Positions 39,264 through 47,288 of a stretch of DNA of 61,937 nucleotides are shown here, one piece after another (positions within the stretch are counted from its first letter, which is position 1; each line of letters opens with the position of its first letter). The notes under the pieces were generated by a model. The model was not told where the DNA came from. It saw only the letters and a program-made list of their open reading frames with translations, and did no database searches. The translations under genes were made by a program, and so were the position numbers. Source of the stretch: an uncultured virus (IMG/VR IMGVR_UViG_3300020469_000015) (taxonomy: Duplodnaviria; Heunggongvirae; Uroviricota; Caudoviricetes); the IMG/VR virus record IMGVR_UViG_3300020469_000015. One strand, 5' to 3'.

Positions 39264-42200
39264 TTAACCAAGCGAGGTTTTTATTTGAGCAGGTATAGTA
39301 AAGTTGGTTTTAAGACCTGTATTGAAGTCACTTATATTATTTGCCTCACCATCAAATGATGTACTACCTGTTCCTGTTAATTTAATACTATTTATAGTGG
39401 CAATTGTGATACCACTATCCATATCTCGTAGACCTAATTCTTGTTTCATATCTCCACCGTCCTCTAATAACAATCCGTCATTCTCATCTGCTGATGTATC
39501 TAATAACATTCTATCTGGTGTATGGTCAAATGCACCTGAGACTAAATTGCCTATAGTTTTCATACGAGGACCTGCATATACTAGACCTTGTTTAATATCT
39601 GTAGACCTAAATTGTTGTTGTCTTTGTTGATTTGTTTTAAGTGTAATTTCCTGATTAAGTGTAACGTCTCTTGTAGTACCAAATGAGGCACTACCCTCTA
39701 TACCTAATTCAGGTGTACTTCTTAAACTTGTACCATCAGTTGTCGTACCAAGTCTTCTACCAATCTTCTCACTAAAGATAACAGATAGTATTTCAACAAC
39801 TTCATCTGTTTCAGTAAGACCGGATATTCTAGTATATCCAGTTTTCATTTTAGCATTCAATTGTGTTTTGATTGCAACTTCTCCTTGGAAATAAAAACCG
39901 GCAGGGTGTATGGCAGATTTAAGATAATCTCTCCATTCAGTAATACTTTCTCCAACTTTAATAATGTATGAATAATCTTGGTAGTATAAACTGTCTTGTA
40001 CTTTCTTTGTACTTTCTGATAACTGTCCATCAACACCTGTATTAGAACCATCTGTTTCTATGGCAGTGCCTACTGTGGCAGTCATACTTGCCTTTGTATC
40101 TTGTGGATTATAGTTTCTTACTCTTGCCGTTTCACCTGATGTAGAACCTGTGATTGTAACTTTGTCATCAAAAGTACCTGTAACTTCTTTTAGTGTAAGA
40201 ATGTTTGTAGCTGCGTCAAAAGTTTCAAAACTACCTGACGCTGATACTTGGTCGTCTCTTTGTATTTTACCACCTGCATTTGTAGATGAACCATCAGTAC
40301 CATTCAACACAATATAATCTGTATTATCTTTTAATACATATTCGTTATATACAATTCTGTCGTTATCTGTTTCGTCTCGTAAGAAATCTGGACTTGCACT
40401 TTCTGGTACGGCGTCTGTTACAAATTCTTCTAATGCAAATTGTTCGCCATCTTCCGTAACTAAGTCACCTCTTTCAAAATCTTCTAATCTAATTACTGCC
40501 TGTCTAAAGTCTTCTAATAATATTGGGAAATCTATTTGTTCATATGCCTCTAACGCAATATAATCCTCAGACGAAGCTGTGATTGTTTCGCTAGATGTAA
40601 AGTTACTTGATACTGTATCTATTTGTATGTGAACTTTTGGCGATACTTCAGGTGATGTCTCATATCTAAATCCATGGTCAATAACTTTAGCAGATAATGC
40701 TTTACCTACACTTGAAGATACAGGATATACAAGAGCACTTGAACCACCAGTTGAAGTTACTGCTACTGTAGGTAATGATAGATAACCACCACCTTTATTT
40801 GACAATCTAATTTTTGTTATATCATTTGAAGAACTGTTTGTCGCTGCTTCCATAACAAGTTGAAAATCTGTACCTTGTTCTAGTAAAAGAATACCGTCAT
40901 CATGTGTATCACCTTCTAAAGTAAAACCACCATTAACAACTGCAACTGTACCTGCAAGACCAGAACCACTTGTGGGATTTGTAACTGATAATGCGTCACC
41001 TACTGTATAACCTGAACCACCACTTTCTACTTGTACACTATCAATAACACCATATGTAACTTGTTCTATTTGTGCAATGGCACCTGTACCACCTTTTTCT
41101 TTTGTAAAGTTTATATTTTCACCTACAGAATAATATTGACCACCAGTATTTACTGTAACGTTATCTAATATACTTTCAACATTACATTCTATAGTAACAT
41201 CACTATCTGTATTATCTGTACCAGAAAATATTGATTTAGTATTTTGTATTAATCTATCACCTGCATTTGTAGATGAACTATCTGTACCATTTAAAATTAT
41301 ATTATCATTTTCATCAGCAGCTGTATCTAAAACTAATCCGTCACCTCCACTACTTGAAAATGAACCAGATGTACTATCTTTATTTAAAACAAATGTAGCA
41401 ACGTCATGTGTTACACCATTTAACGATATTGTAGATATTGTTGCCTTCTCAACAACTGAACTGGCAAGGTCTACTGTATCATTACCTACTATATCTGATT
41501 GTGTAATTGTTTTACCTACTAGATTGTTCATATTACCATCAGACGGTGCTGATAGTGTTGCTTTAAGTATTTGTTCAGTATCAAAGTTACCGTCTGATAC
41601 TCTCATCATATCTACTGTAGGGTAATATAATTCTGGAGTTTCATTAAACAAGGCACGGAAAAATATTTCATTTGCCGCTTTTGTACCTTTTGCTTTGTAT
41701 AATGATATAATATTTTTTGTTAGTTGTCTTTTATCTAAACCATTTGTAAGTGTGTTTGGTAAAGTTTGTAAAAATGTATTTCTAAATTGTTTAAAGAAAT
41801 CATCTATGGTATCGTTAACGTCTGCATACTCTAATAGTTGTGTTAAGTGTGCGTTAGGGTTTGGTCTATACCTTGATATAATACCTTGAGCACCAGATGT
41901 ACTACCTGTTAAAGTTTCACCTGTTACGAATAAACTATTTTCTGTAACGTATAATTTTAATGCGTCTGTATCTTCAGCAAGTATAGTTGCCGTTTGACCT
42001 GAAGTGGCACCAGTAATAGTTTCACCTTTTGTAAACTCACCTACACTTGTTTGTTCACTAAGAATATAATCACCTTCGTCTTTACCAAATTCGTTAGTTG
42101 CATTTAAGGCAACAAACCCACCAGTTGCAGCTTCTAGTATTATTTGGTCACTAGCAGTTACACTTGATAAAGTGATTTGTGCTGAGTCCATAAAAACATA

Positions 42201-42302
42201 ATACTGTTTTACGAACTCTACTAATAGTGGGTGATTTGCCTGTATATGGGCAGGTAACTGACGTGAAACTAAGTTACTTATTTTTTTGTCAAATTTTGCC
42301 AT
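39264..42302 (-). CDS. gp7: Baseplate wedge initiator
   Basis: QLP.HI....P.LVEF.KQYY, LYKAKGT......FFR.LF, QDS.YYQDYSY.IK......WR.......HPAG; lies between gp6 and gp8. Confidence 0.85.
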   Translation of the reverse strand: MAKFDKKISNLVSRQLPAHIQANHPLLVEFVKQYYVFMDSAQITLSSVTASDQIILEAATGGFVALNATNEFGKDEGDYILSEQTSVGEFTKGETITGATSGQTATILAEDTDALKLYVTENSLFVTGETLTGSTSGAQGIISRYRPNPNAHLTQLLEYADVNDTIDDFFKQFRNTFLQTLPNTLTNGLDKRQLTKNIISLYKAKGTKAANEIFFRALFNETPELYYPTVDMMRVSDGNFDTEQILKATLSAPSDGNMNNLVGKTITQSDIVGNDTVDLASSVVEKATISTISLNGVTHDVATFVLNKDSTSGSFSSSGGDGLVLDTAADENDNIILNGTDSSSTNAGDRLIQNTKSIFSGTDNTDSDVTIECNVESILDNVTVNTGGQYYSVGENINFTKEKGGTGAIAQIEQVTYGVIDSVQVESGGSGYTVGDALSVTNPTSGSGLAGTVAVVNGGFTLEGDTHDDGILLLEQGTDFQLVMEAATNSSSNDITKIRLSNKGGGYLSLPTVAVTSTGGSSALVYPVSSSVGKALSAKVIDHGFRYETSPEVSPKVHIQIDTVSSNFTSSETITASSEDYIALEAYEQIDFPILLEDFRQAVIRLEDFERGDLVTEDGEQFALEEFVTDAVPESASPDFLRDETDNDRIVYNEYVLKDNTDYIVLNGTDGSSTNAGGKIQRDDQVSASGSFETFDAATNILTLKEVTGTFDDKVTITGSTSGETARVRNYNPQDTKASMTATVGTAIETDGSNTGVDGQLSESTKKVQDSLYYQDYSYIIKVGESITEWRDYLKSAIHPAGFYFQGEVAIKTQLNAKMKTGYTRISGLTETDEVVEILSVIFSEKIGRRLGTTTDGTSLRSTPELGIEGSASFGTTRDVTLNQEITLKTNQQRQQQFRSTDIKQGLVYAGPRMKTIGNLVSGAFDHTPDRMLLDTSADENDGLLLEDGGDMKQELGLRDMDSGITIATINSIKLTGTGSTSFDGEANNISDFNTGLKTNFTIPAQIKTSLG

Positions 42303-42305
42303 TTA

Positions 42306-44162
42306 CTAACTCGCATAGTTTGTCGCTGTTGTGTATCCTATACCTGATGTTGTATCGTAATCATCAGCAGTTACAACCACAGTAGTATTTGTTTCATCTA
42401 TTTCTATAACTTGATTACGAACTGGAACTACATCAACTGAATTAGGTACTACTGTTAGTCTAATGGTAGTAGAAGTGGCACCGTCAACATTACCAACCTC
42501 AGAAATATGTAAACTATTTAAAGTTATTTTTCCTGTTGTATAGTCTATTGTACCTTGTGTATTGTTTATGTAAACATTAACACCACCTGCGACATAATAC
42601 AATCTTATATTACCTTGTCCGTCATCATTTAAAAAATAATCATTTGTAGTATCACCAGATACTTTAAATGAAGAAGAAGATAATATACCACCCATGTCTG
42701 AATTATGACCAGAGTGTGGATTATATAATGCGTTATTAAAACTAATTGTATATGTTGTTGAACTTGTTAGTGTAGCAGTAAATGATTTGTGTAATTTAAG
42801 TGTTGTGATGTTTGATAAAATACTATCGTCTGCTTTGTTTACAGTTTCAATAAATTTAGAGTGTCTAAACACTTGGTCAAATTCTTGTAAACTATCTGTA
42901 TTGAAATTTGTTATTGCTGTTTGTACCAATGACTTAATACTTTCAGCTGTGTTAGTAGTTGACTTAGCGTCATACCTTATAGTTACAGTTGGTTGTATAA
43001 ATGTTGTTTCTGGATCCTCAATTACAGGTGTGATACTTGCAACATTAAAATCTTTTAGTTGAGTTATAATATCTGACTTAGTTGCTTCTGTAAGTGTAGC
43101 ACCAGCAACAGGATTGATAGAGATATATACTCTACCATAAACGGGTGTTTCATTATCTTCACCACCCCATACTTGAACTGATTTAGCATTTGAATAAATT
43201 GATTTAACTTTACTTTCATAGTCTTTCGCCGTTACTGCCCTATTTTGTGTGGCAAATTGTTTTGGTGCATTGAAACGAATACTTGCCGGACTTTCCGGGT
43301 CTGCACCGTTAACGCTGTTTGTGTTTACAGTTAAACTGACATCAGTAAAACCACCTACATTGCCAGATAATGCAAACGAACTAGCACCATTACTATCTGA
43401 ACCATTAGTAACTATGTATATAAGTGAAACAATATTACCTGTTGATAATGCTTTACCTAAAACACCATCACCAAATACAACTTCATACTGTTCGTCTTCA
43501 GCACCTTCTAAAAAATAAATTGCTGATGTACTTGATACATCTGCTAAGTCTGTTGACAATGCATATGTTGTTGTAGTAGTATCAGTTGAACTGTTTTGAA
43601 CTTTAACTAATAAAGTTGTTGTATCTGCCATATCATTCTTAATTAAGAAACGCTGATTGGCGTCTGTTGTGTTAACTGTATATTTGTTTGTAACTAAAGT
43701 ACCTTCGTATAATTCTAAATTCTTAAATGTATAAACACCATCAACTGGTGTAGTTGTAGTATCTTCTTTTACAATATAATTGTAAGACACACCTTCAACT
43801 GTAGATGTAAATGTTGTACCTTGAGAAGCAGTTAAAGTTGCACCAGTAGCGTTATTGACAACTAAGTTAACATCAGCATAAGGTGCTGTTGCACTTCTTG
43901 GTGTGTAACCTACATGTTTAGCATGTGAGACAATACTGTTTCTCATATCAGCACTATCTAAAAACATTTCATTGGCAAGAACATTGGCATAAACGCCGTT
44001 GTAGTGTGTGTTATATGCTAGAACATCAAGCAATGTATTGATTGTAGAACCGTCAAAGTCATAATCAGTAAATTGGTCTTGTTGTCTTAAAAATTTTTTA
44101 AGATTAGTTTTGATACTATCAAAATCTAAATCTGTTACTTCTAGTTTTTTGTTCGTTGCCAT
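42306..44162 (-). CDS. gp6: Baseplate wedge subunit
   Basis: LDFD.IK.NLK.FL..Q..FTDYDF.GS....LLDVLAYNTHY, NEMFLDSA..R.S.VSHAK..GY.P.S, QNRAVT..DY, VWGGE. Confidence 0.97.
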   Translation of the reverse strand: MATNKKLEVTDLDFDSIKTNLKKFLRQQDQFTDYDFDGSTINTLLDVLAYNTHYNGVYANVLANEMFLDSADMRNSIVSHAKHVGYTPRSATAPYADVNLVVNNATGATLTASQGTTFTSTVEGVSYNYIVKEDTTTTPVDGVYTFKNLELYEGTLVTNKYTVNTTDANQRFLIKNDMADTTTLLVKVQNSSTDTTTTTYALSTDLADVSSTSAIYFLEGAEDEQYEVVFGDGVLGKALSTGNIVSLIYIVTNGSDSNGASSFALSGNVGGFTDVSLTVNTNSVNGADPESPASIRFNAPKQFATQNRAVTAKDYESKVKSIYSNAKSVQVWGGEDNETPVYGRVYISINPVAGATLTEATKSDIITQLKDFNVASITPVIEDPETTFIQPTVTIRYDAKSTTNTAESIKSLVQTAITNFNTDSLQEFDQVFRHSKFIETVNKADDSILSNITTLKLHKSFTATLTSSTTYTISFNNALYNPHSGHNSDMGGILSSSSFKVSGDTTNDYFLNDDGQGNIRLYYVAGGVNVYINNTQGTIDYTTGKITLNSLHISEVGNVDGATSTTIRLTVVPNSVDVVPVRNQVIEIDETNTTVVVTADDYDTTSGIGYTTATNYAS

Positions 44163-44605
44163 TATCTACTTCTTTCTAGTAGTGTAGTTAACTCTACCAA
44201 CTCGCCTGGTATGTTGACTACATAAAAACTTATTGTTACATTGTAAGCATTTTGTGCCAGATTAGGAATTGCATTAACAGATACTAGTCTTGCTCTTGGT
44301 TCAAAGTTTACAATTGTTTCTTCTATTACTCTTGTTAAACTATTCGCTGTGATAGGATTCATTGGTTCAAATAATACTGCATTAACATTTGATCCTATCT
44401 CAGGATGAAAAGGTCTCTCAAAATGATTAGTTAATATAAGATTTCTGACAGATTGTTTCACTGCCTCTATGTCTTTCTTAACTATTATATCTTTAGTATT
44501 ATCATTTCTCTCAAAAGATAATGCTAAATCCTTATATAATCTAACACTTCTATTTGAAGCATTAGTAGTTTGAGCGTCTCTATAACCTGATTGTGTAATA
44601 GCCAT
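44162..44605 (-). CDS. gp25: Baseplate wedge subunit
   Basis: YKDL.LSF, AVKQSVRNLILT...ERPF.P.IGS.....LFE, I.NFEPR. Confidence 0.95.
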   Translation of the reverse strand: MAITQSGYRDAQTTNASNRSVRLYKDLALSFERNDNTKDIIVKKDIEAVKQSVRNLILTNHFERPFHPEIGSNVNAVLFEPMNPITANSLTRVIEETIVNFEPRARLVSVNAIPNLAQNAYNVTISFYVVNIPGELVELTTLLERSR

Positions 44606-44622
44606 ACGACTATTTATAAAGA

Positions 44623-44919
44623 TTATCCAGCGTTTACGTTAGAACTTCCACCTGTTGCACTATTTGGCACCCAACTACCATGACCACCTGTTGCGTCACC
44701 ACTCCTGTGAATACCCTTACCATTAACAAATACTGTAGAACTCGCACCTACGGCAGGGTCTCCACAAGAAGTGGCGTCACCTTTACGAATAGTTTTTGCA
44801 CCATTAGTGTTGACATTAGGTGACCCACCTGTGTATGCTGTTTTGTGAAAAGGGTTAGGAGTAGGACTGGCATGACCAACATGACTATCTAAACCTGAAC
44901 GTATAACTGGTTGACCCAT
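44623..44919 (-). CDS. PAAR-repeat spike tip protein (T4 gp5.4-like)
   Basis: D.H.GH, GSPNV..NG....R.GD...CG......S.TVFVNG....R.GD...GH.......GS.NV. Confidence 0.9.
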   Translation of the reverse strand: MGQPVIRSGLDSHVGHASPTPNPFHKTAYTGGSPNVNTNGAKTIRKGDATSCGDPAVGASSTVFVNGKGIHRSGDATGGHGSWVPNSATGGSSNVNAG

Positions 44920-44922
44920 TTA

Positions 44923-45066
44923 TTATTTACCTTGTCCTTTGTATGCTTTAAAATCTCTTTTCTTACCCTTATTCATTGTACTAAAAGATACACCTTTGCG
45001 TTTACCTTGACTAGTCTTCTTAGGTGTTGAAACATGAGCTACAAATGATTTTGCTAATTTAGCCAT
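44923..45066 (-). CDS. Small Lys-rich protein (47 aa)
   Basis: MAKLAKSFVAHVSTPKKTSQGKRKGVSFSTMNKGKKRDFKAYKGQGK; ATG overlaps the upstream TAA. Confidence 0.75.
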   Translation of the reverse strand: MAKLAKSFVAHVSTPKKTSQGKRKGVSFSTMNKGKKRDFKAYKGQGK

Positions 45067-45332
45067 TATCTACCTGCCTCTTTAGCCGCTTTAAGTGCCG
45101 CCTTCTTTGCCTCAATTATCTCCGCCTGCCTAACTTTTCTACCTAAAGGTAATTTTTGTACTAGACTTTCTTCTTTACCTTTTTTACTTAACCAGTAAAC
45201 GTTAACTGTATCGCCGTCTTCTTTTCTATTTGCACTTGACTGATAAGACTTCACGGCTTTCTTATAAGACATTGCTTCTATTATTTTATCTTCTTTTCCA
45301 TTATTAAAGGTAAACTCCCTCATTCTTGGCAT
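45066..45332 (-). CDS. Basic hypothetical protein (88 aa)
   Basis: ORF track; AAGGA SD; tightly coupled to its neighbours. Confidence 0.7.
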   Translation of the reverse strand: MPRMREFTFNNGKEDKIIEAMSYKKAVKSYQSSANRKEDGDTVNVYWLSKKGKEESLVQKLPLGRKVRQAEIIEAKKAALKAAKEAGR

Positions 45333-45335
45333 AAT

Positions 45336-45458
45336 TTATTCCTTTGGAGTACACTCCTCACATCTACAATGTTTACAAACTTCATACTCACTACCCTCAT
45401 TGGTCTTCATTAAGGGTGTTCCACAATGAGAAGGATGACCACAGTTGTCGCAATTCAT
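45336..45458 (-). CDS. Cys/His-rich metal-binding miniprotein (40 aa)
   Basis: MNCDNCGHPSHCGTPLMKTNEGSEYEVCKHCRCEECTPKE; AAGGAG SD. Confidence 0.75.
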   Translation of the reverse strand: MNCDNCGHPSHCGTPLMKTNEGSEYEVCKHCRCEECTPKE

Positions 45459-45459
45459 A

Positions 45460-45600
45460 TTAACTCCTTTTTTTAGTTGATTTTTTTTTAGTTGATTTCT
45501 TTTTCTTCTTTGGTTTGACTTCCATGTCTTTCGTTAATACTAACGGTTTAGGTTTCCATAGACTATCTGTCATAGTCCATAATTTAGTTAAAAATCCCAT
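45460..45600 (-). CDS. Small protein with Lys-rich tail (46 aa)
   Basis: MGFLTKLWTMTDSLWKPKPLVLTKDMEVKPKKKKKSTKKKSTKKRS; AAAGGAG SD. Confidence 0.65.
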   Translation of the reverse strand: MGFLTKLWTMTDSLWKPKPLVLTKDMEVKPKKKKKSTKKKSTKKRS

Positions 45601-45619
45601 AATATTCTCCTTTCAAAAA

Positions 45620-45634
45620 GAACAAATAGTGAAC
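45620..45634. promoter_or_regulatory. Alphaproteobacterial-type LexA box (GAAC-N7-GAAC)
   Basis: GAAC-aaatagt-GAAC in the intergenic region between divergent operons. Confidence 0.45.
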
Positions 45635-45681
45635 AAACCTGTGTCAGGATGTCGCACCTTGAAATAAAGTCAAAATAATGC

Positions 45682-45710
45682 TTGACTTTAAAGTATTTAT
45701 GTGATAGGAT
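45682..45710 (+). promoter_or_regulatory. Sigma70-type early promoter with an opposite-strand late motif in its spacer
   Basis: TTGACT-17 nt-TAGGAT with extended TGn; minus-strand CATAAATA at 45694-45701. Confidence 0.65.
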
Positions 45711-45740
45711 ATATCTATATTAAAAACGAAAGGTTATATT

Positions 45741-45995
45741 ATGAACAAAATCCAACTAATCAAGGCTGGCATCCAACAACTGTCTTTAACTGAACTGAAT
45801 GAACTTTCTAGTTTTATTAGTGATGTTAAAGTTATGAATGCTAAATCTTCTCTATCTGTAGGACAAAAAGTGTTTGTTGTACAAAAGACTAAAAAAACTC
45901 CTGGTGTAATTACTAAGATTAATCAATCTAGGTGTGTAGTAGATATGCTTGGTAGAAGTTATAGAGTACCAATGTCAATGTTGGAGGCGGCATAA
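45741..45995 (+). CDS. Hypothetical protein with C-terminal SH3/KOW/Tudor-like barrel
   Basis: LSVGQKVFVV......GVITKINQSRCVV......YRVP..ML; AAAGG SD. Confidence 0.75.
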   Translation: MNKIQLIKAGIQQLSLTELNELSSFISDVKVMNAKSSLSVGQKVFVVQKTKKTPGVITKINQSRCVVDMLGRSYRVPMSMLEAA

Positions 45996-46258
45996 TGATA
46001 ATTAAGATAGGTGATAAAGTTGAAATCTCTAAGAGAGGTATCAATAGAGACGGAATTATTACAGACATTTCTATAGGACTTACTACGTCAGACCCTGCTG
46101 GTGAGTTAGGTATCAAACTAAAAGAGTATGATACTGATATGGGTTACTTAGGTTCTATAGGTTATAAAGATGTAACATTTGGTGAAAGTGAAGGCGAATA
46201 TTGGGCGTACTTTGACCAAGTGATAACACCAACGAAAGGAGTTGTTGCTGATATGTGA
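45995..46258 (+). CDS. Hypothetical protein, SH3-like N-terminus
   Basis: IKIGDKVEI......DG.ITDI; GGAGG SD; TAATG coupling to the upstream gene. Confidence 0.7.
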   Translation: MIIKIGDKVEISKRGINRDGIITDISIGLTTSDPAGELGIKLKEYDTDMGYLGSIGYKDVTFGESEGEYWAYFDQVITPTKGVVADM

Positions 46259-46283
46259 TAGATATAAGACCTAACGGTTTTTA

Positions 46284-46464
46284 TCCTGTGGGGCGTTGTA
46301 CAGACGTATAGGTGAAACCTCAAGTATCTTTGAAATAAAAGTGAGAGTGAGTAATCTGTCTAGCACTATGGGACAGGCAACATAGAACATTTAAATGTTC
46401 ATACAAAATACAAAAAGGACATCCAAGTACCTTTGAAACAAAAGTGAGGATGTCCTTTTTTTTT
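46284..46464 (+). ncRNA. Candidate structured non-coding RNA / 3' UTR with a duplicated 25-nt motif
   Basis: No convincing ORF; stems 46284-46294/46363-46373 and 46300-46304/46355-46359; CAAGTAYCTTTGAAAYAAAAGTGAG at 46321-46345 and 46424-46448; 16-bp palindrome at 46385-46400. Confidence 0.5.
46412..46464 (+). terminator. Intrinsic (probably bidirectional) terminator with a large structured loop
   Basis: AAAAAGGACATCC...GGATGTCC followed by T9; lies between convergent genes. Confidence 0.75.
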
Positions 46465-46472
46465 ATTTTAAT

Positions 46473-46625
46473 CTATTCAACTACAGCAGGTGTTGTCGCT
46501 GGCATTTCAATTGTAACTTTTGGTAAAGGTACATTATCTACTAACCTAGCGGCGTCTTCGCCATAGTGGTGACCAAGAGTAAACGCTACTATAACTATAA
46601 CAACGTATATTAATTTCTTAATCAT
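46473..46625 (-). CDS. Small membrane-anchored protein (50 aa)
   Basis: MIKKLIYVVIVIVAFTLGHHYGEDAARLVDNVPLPKVTIEMPATTPAVVE; AAGGA SD. Confidence 0.7.
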   Translation of the reverse strand: MIKKLIYVVIVIVAFTLGHHYGEDAARLVDNVPLPKVTIEMPATTPAVVE

Positions 46626-46641
46626 TTAATTTTCCTTTTTG

Positions 46642-46800
46642 TTATGCTTTGTATCTCGCCCAAAAATTGGAAGCGACCCAAGCAATTAAACCCCACTTAA
46701 CTACTGTAAGTGGTGCCATAACGCCTGTAAAAAGCACTACAGCTAATAAAAGCAAACCGTAATCTTTCCATGCGTCAATATTATTAATCCATTTTTTCAT
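46642..46800 (-). CDS. Small two-helix membrane protein (52 aa)
   Basis: MKKWINNIDAWKDYGLLLLAVVLFTGVMAPLTVVKWGLIAWVASNFWARYKA; AAAGGAG SD. Confidence 0.7.
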   Translation of the reverse strand: MKKWINNIDAWKDYGLLLLAVVLFTGVMAPLTVVKWGLIAWVASNFWARYKA

Positions 46801-46831
46801 TAGATTTCTCCTTTGTACAATGTGATTGATT

Positions 46832-46915
46832 TTAGATGGATGATAGTCCTGTGGACTGTATTATTAATCCACCTATTATTGTTATGGCGTATGCCATTAG
46901 TACGACTTCTAACAT
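46832..46915 (-). CDS. Hydrophobic peptide (27 aa)
   Basis: MLEVVLMAYAITIIGGLIIQSTGLSSI; GAGG SD; TATAAATA at 46936-46943. Confidence 0.55.
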   Translation of the reverse strand: MLEVVLMAYAITIIGGLIIQSTGLSSI

Positions 46916-46934
46916 ATGTTTTTTCCTCGTAGTA

Positions 46935-47288
46935 TTATTTATAACTTTCATCATATTGAGCCGTATATATTTCATCAACTTGTTCTTGTGTTTTTAAAAC
47001 ATATGCTCCTATATGGGTGTAACCATTTAACTTTGCCCATATAATTCTTCTACCACCTGCCTGCCATTTACGATATACTTCATTCATTTTTCGTACCATT
47101 ACAGGATGTTTCATACCATTTTCTGCCATGTCATCAAATAATTTTTTATAATTAATACCTTGACTATCTGCATAAACAGTCCAACTGCCTTGTACTTTGT
47201 CCCATTTAAAAGTTACTTCTTTCAAATCTAATATTTGATACAAGTCTGGGTGGGTAATTTCTTTTGCGTGTAATATTTTTTTAGTCAT
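46935..47288 (-). CDS. ParB/sulfiredoxin N-terminal-like domain protein
   Basis: YKKLFDDMAENGMKHPVMV...GGRRIIWAKLNGYTHI. Confidence 0.7.
   Translation of the reverse strand: MTKKILHAKEITHPDLYQILDLKEVTFKWDKVQGSWTVYADSQGINYKKLFDDMAENGMKHPVMVRKMNEVYRKWQAGGRRIIWAKLNGYTHIGAYVLKTQEQVDEIYTAQYDESYK

Noticed and set aside
20878..43518. Numerous plus-strand ORFs of 60-270 aa opposite the fibre and baseplate genes
   Set aside because: Antisense shadows of Thr/Gly/Ser-rich genes (Val/Pro/Ser-rich, often TTG/GTG starts, no SD)
45640..45657. TGTGT-caggatg-TCGCA as a CRP/cAMP-responsive site linked to the phage cyclase
   Set aside because: Spacer is 7 nt instead of 6 and both half-sites mismatch
46321..46448. 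Two 25-nt direct repeats containing TTGAAAY as a mini CRISPR array
   Set aside because: Only two copies, a 78-nt spacer, no cas genes, and the second copy lies in a terminator loop; treated as an RNA motif instead
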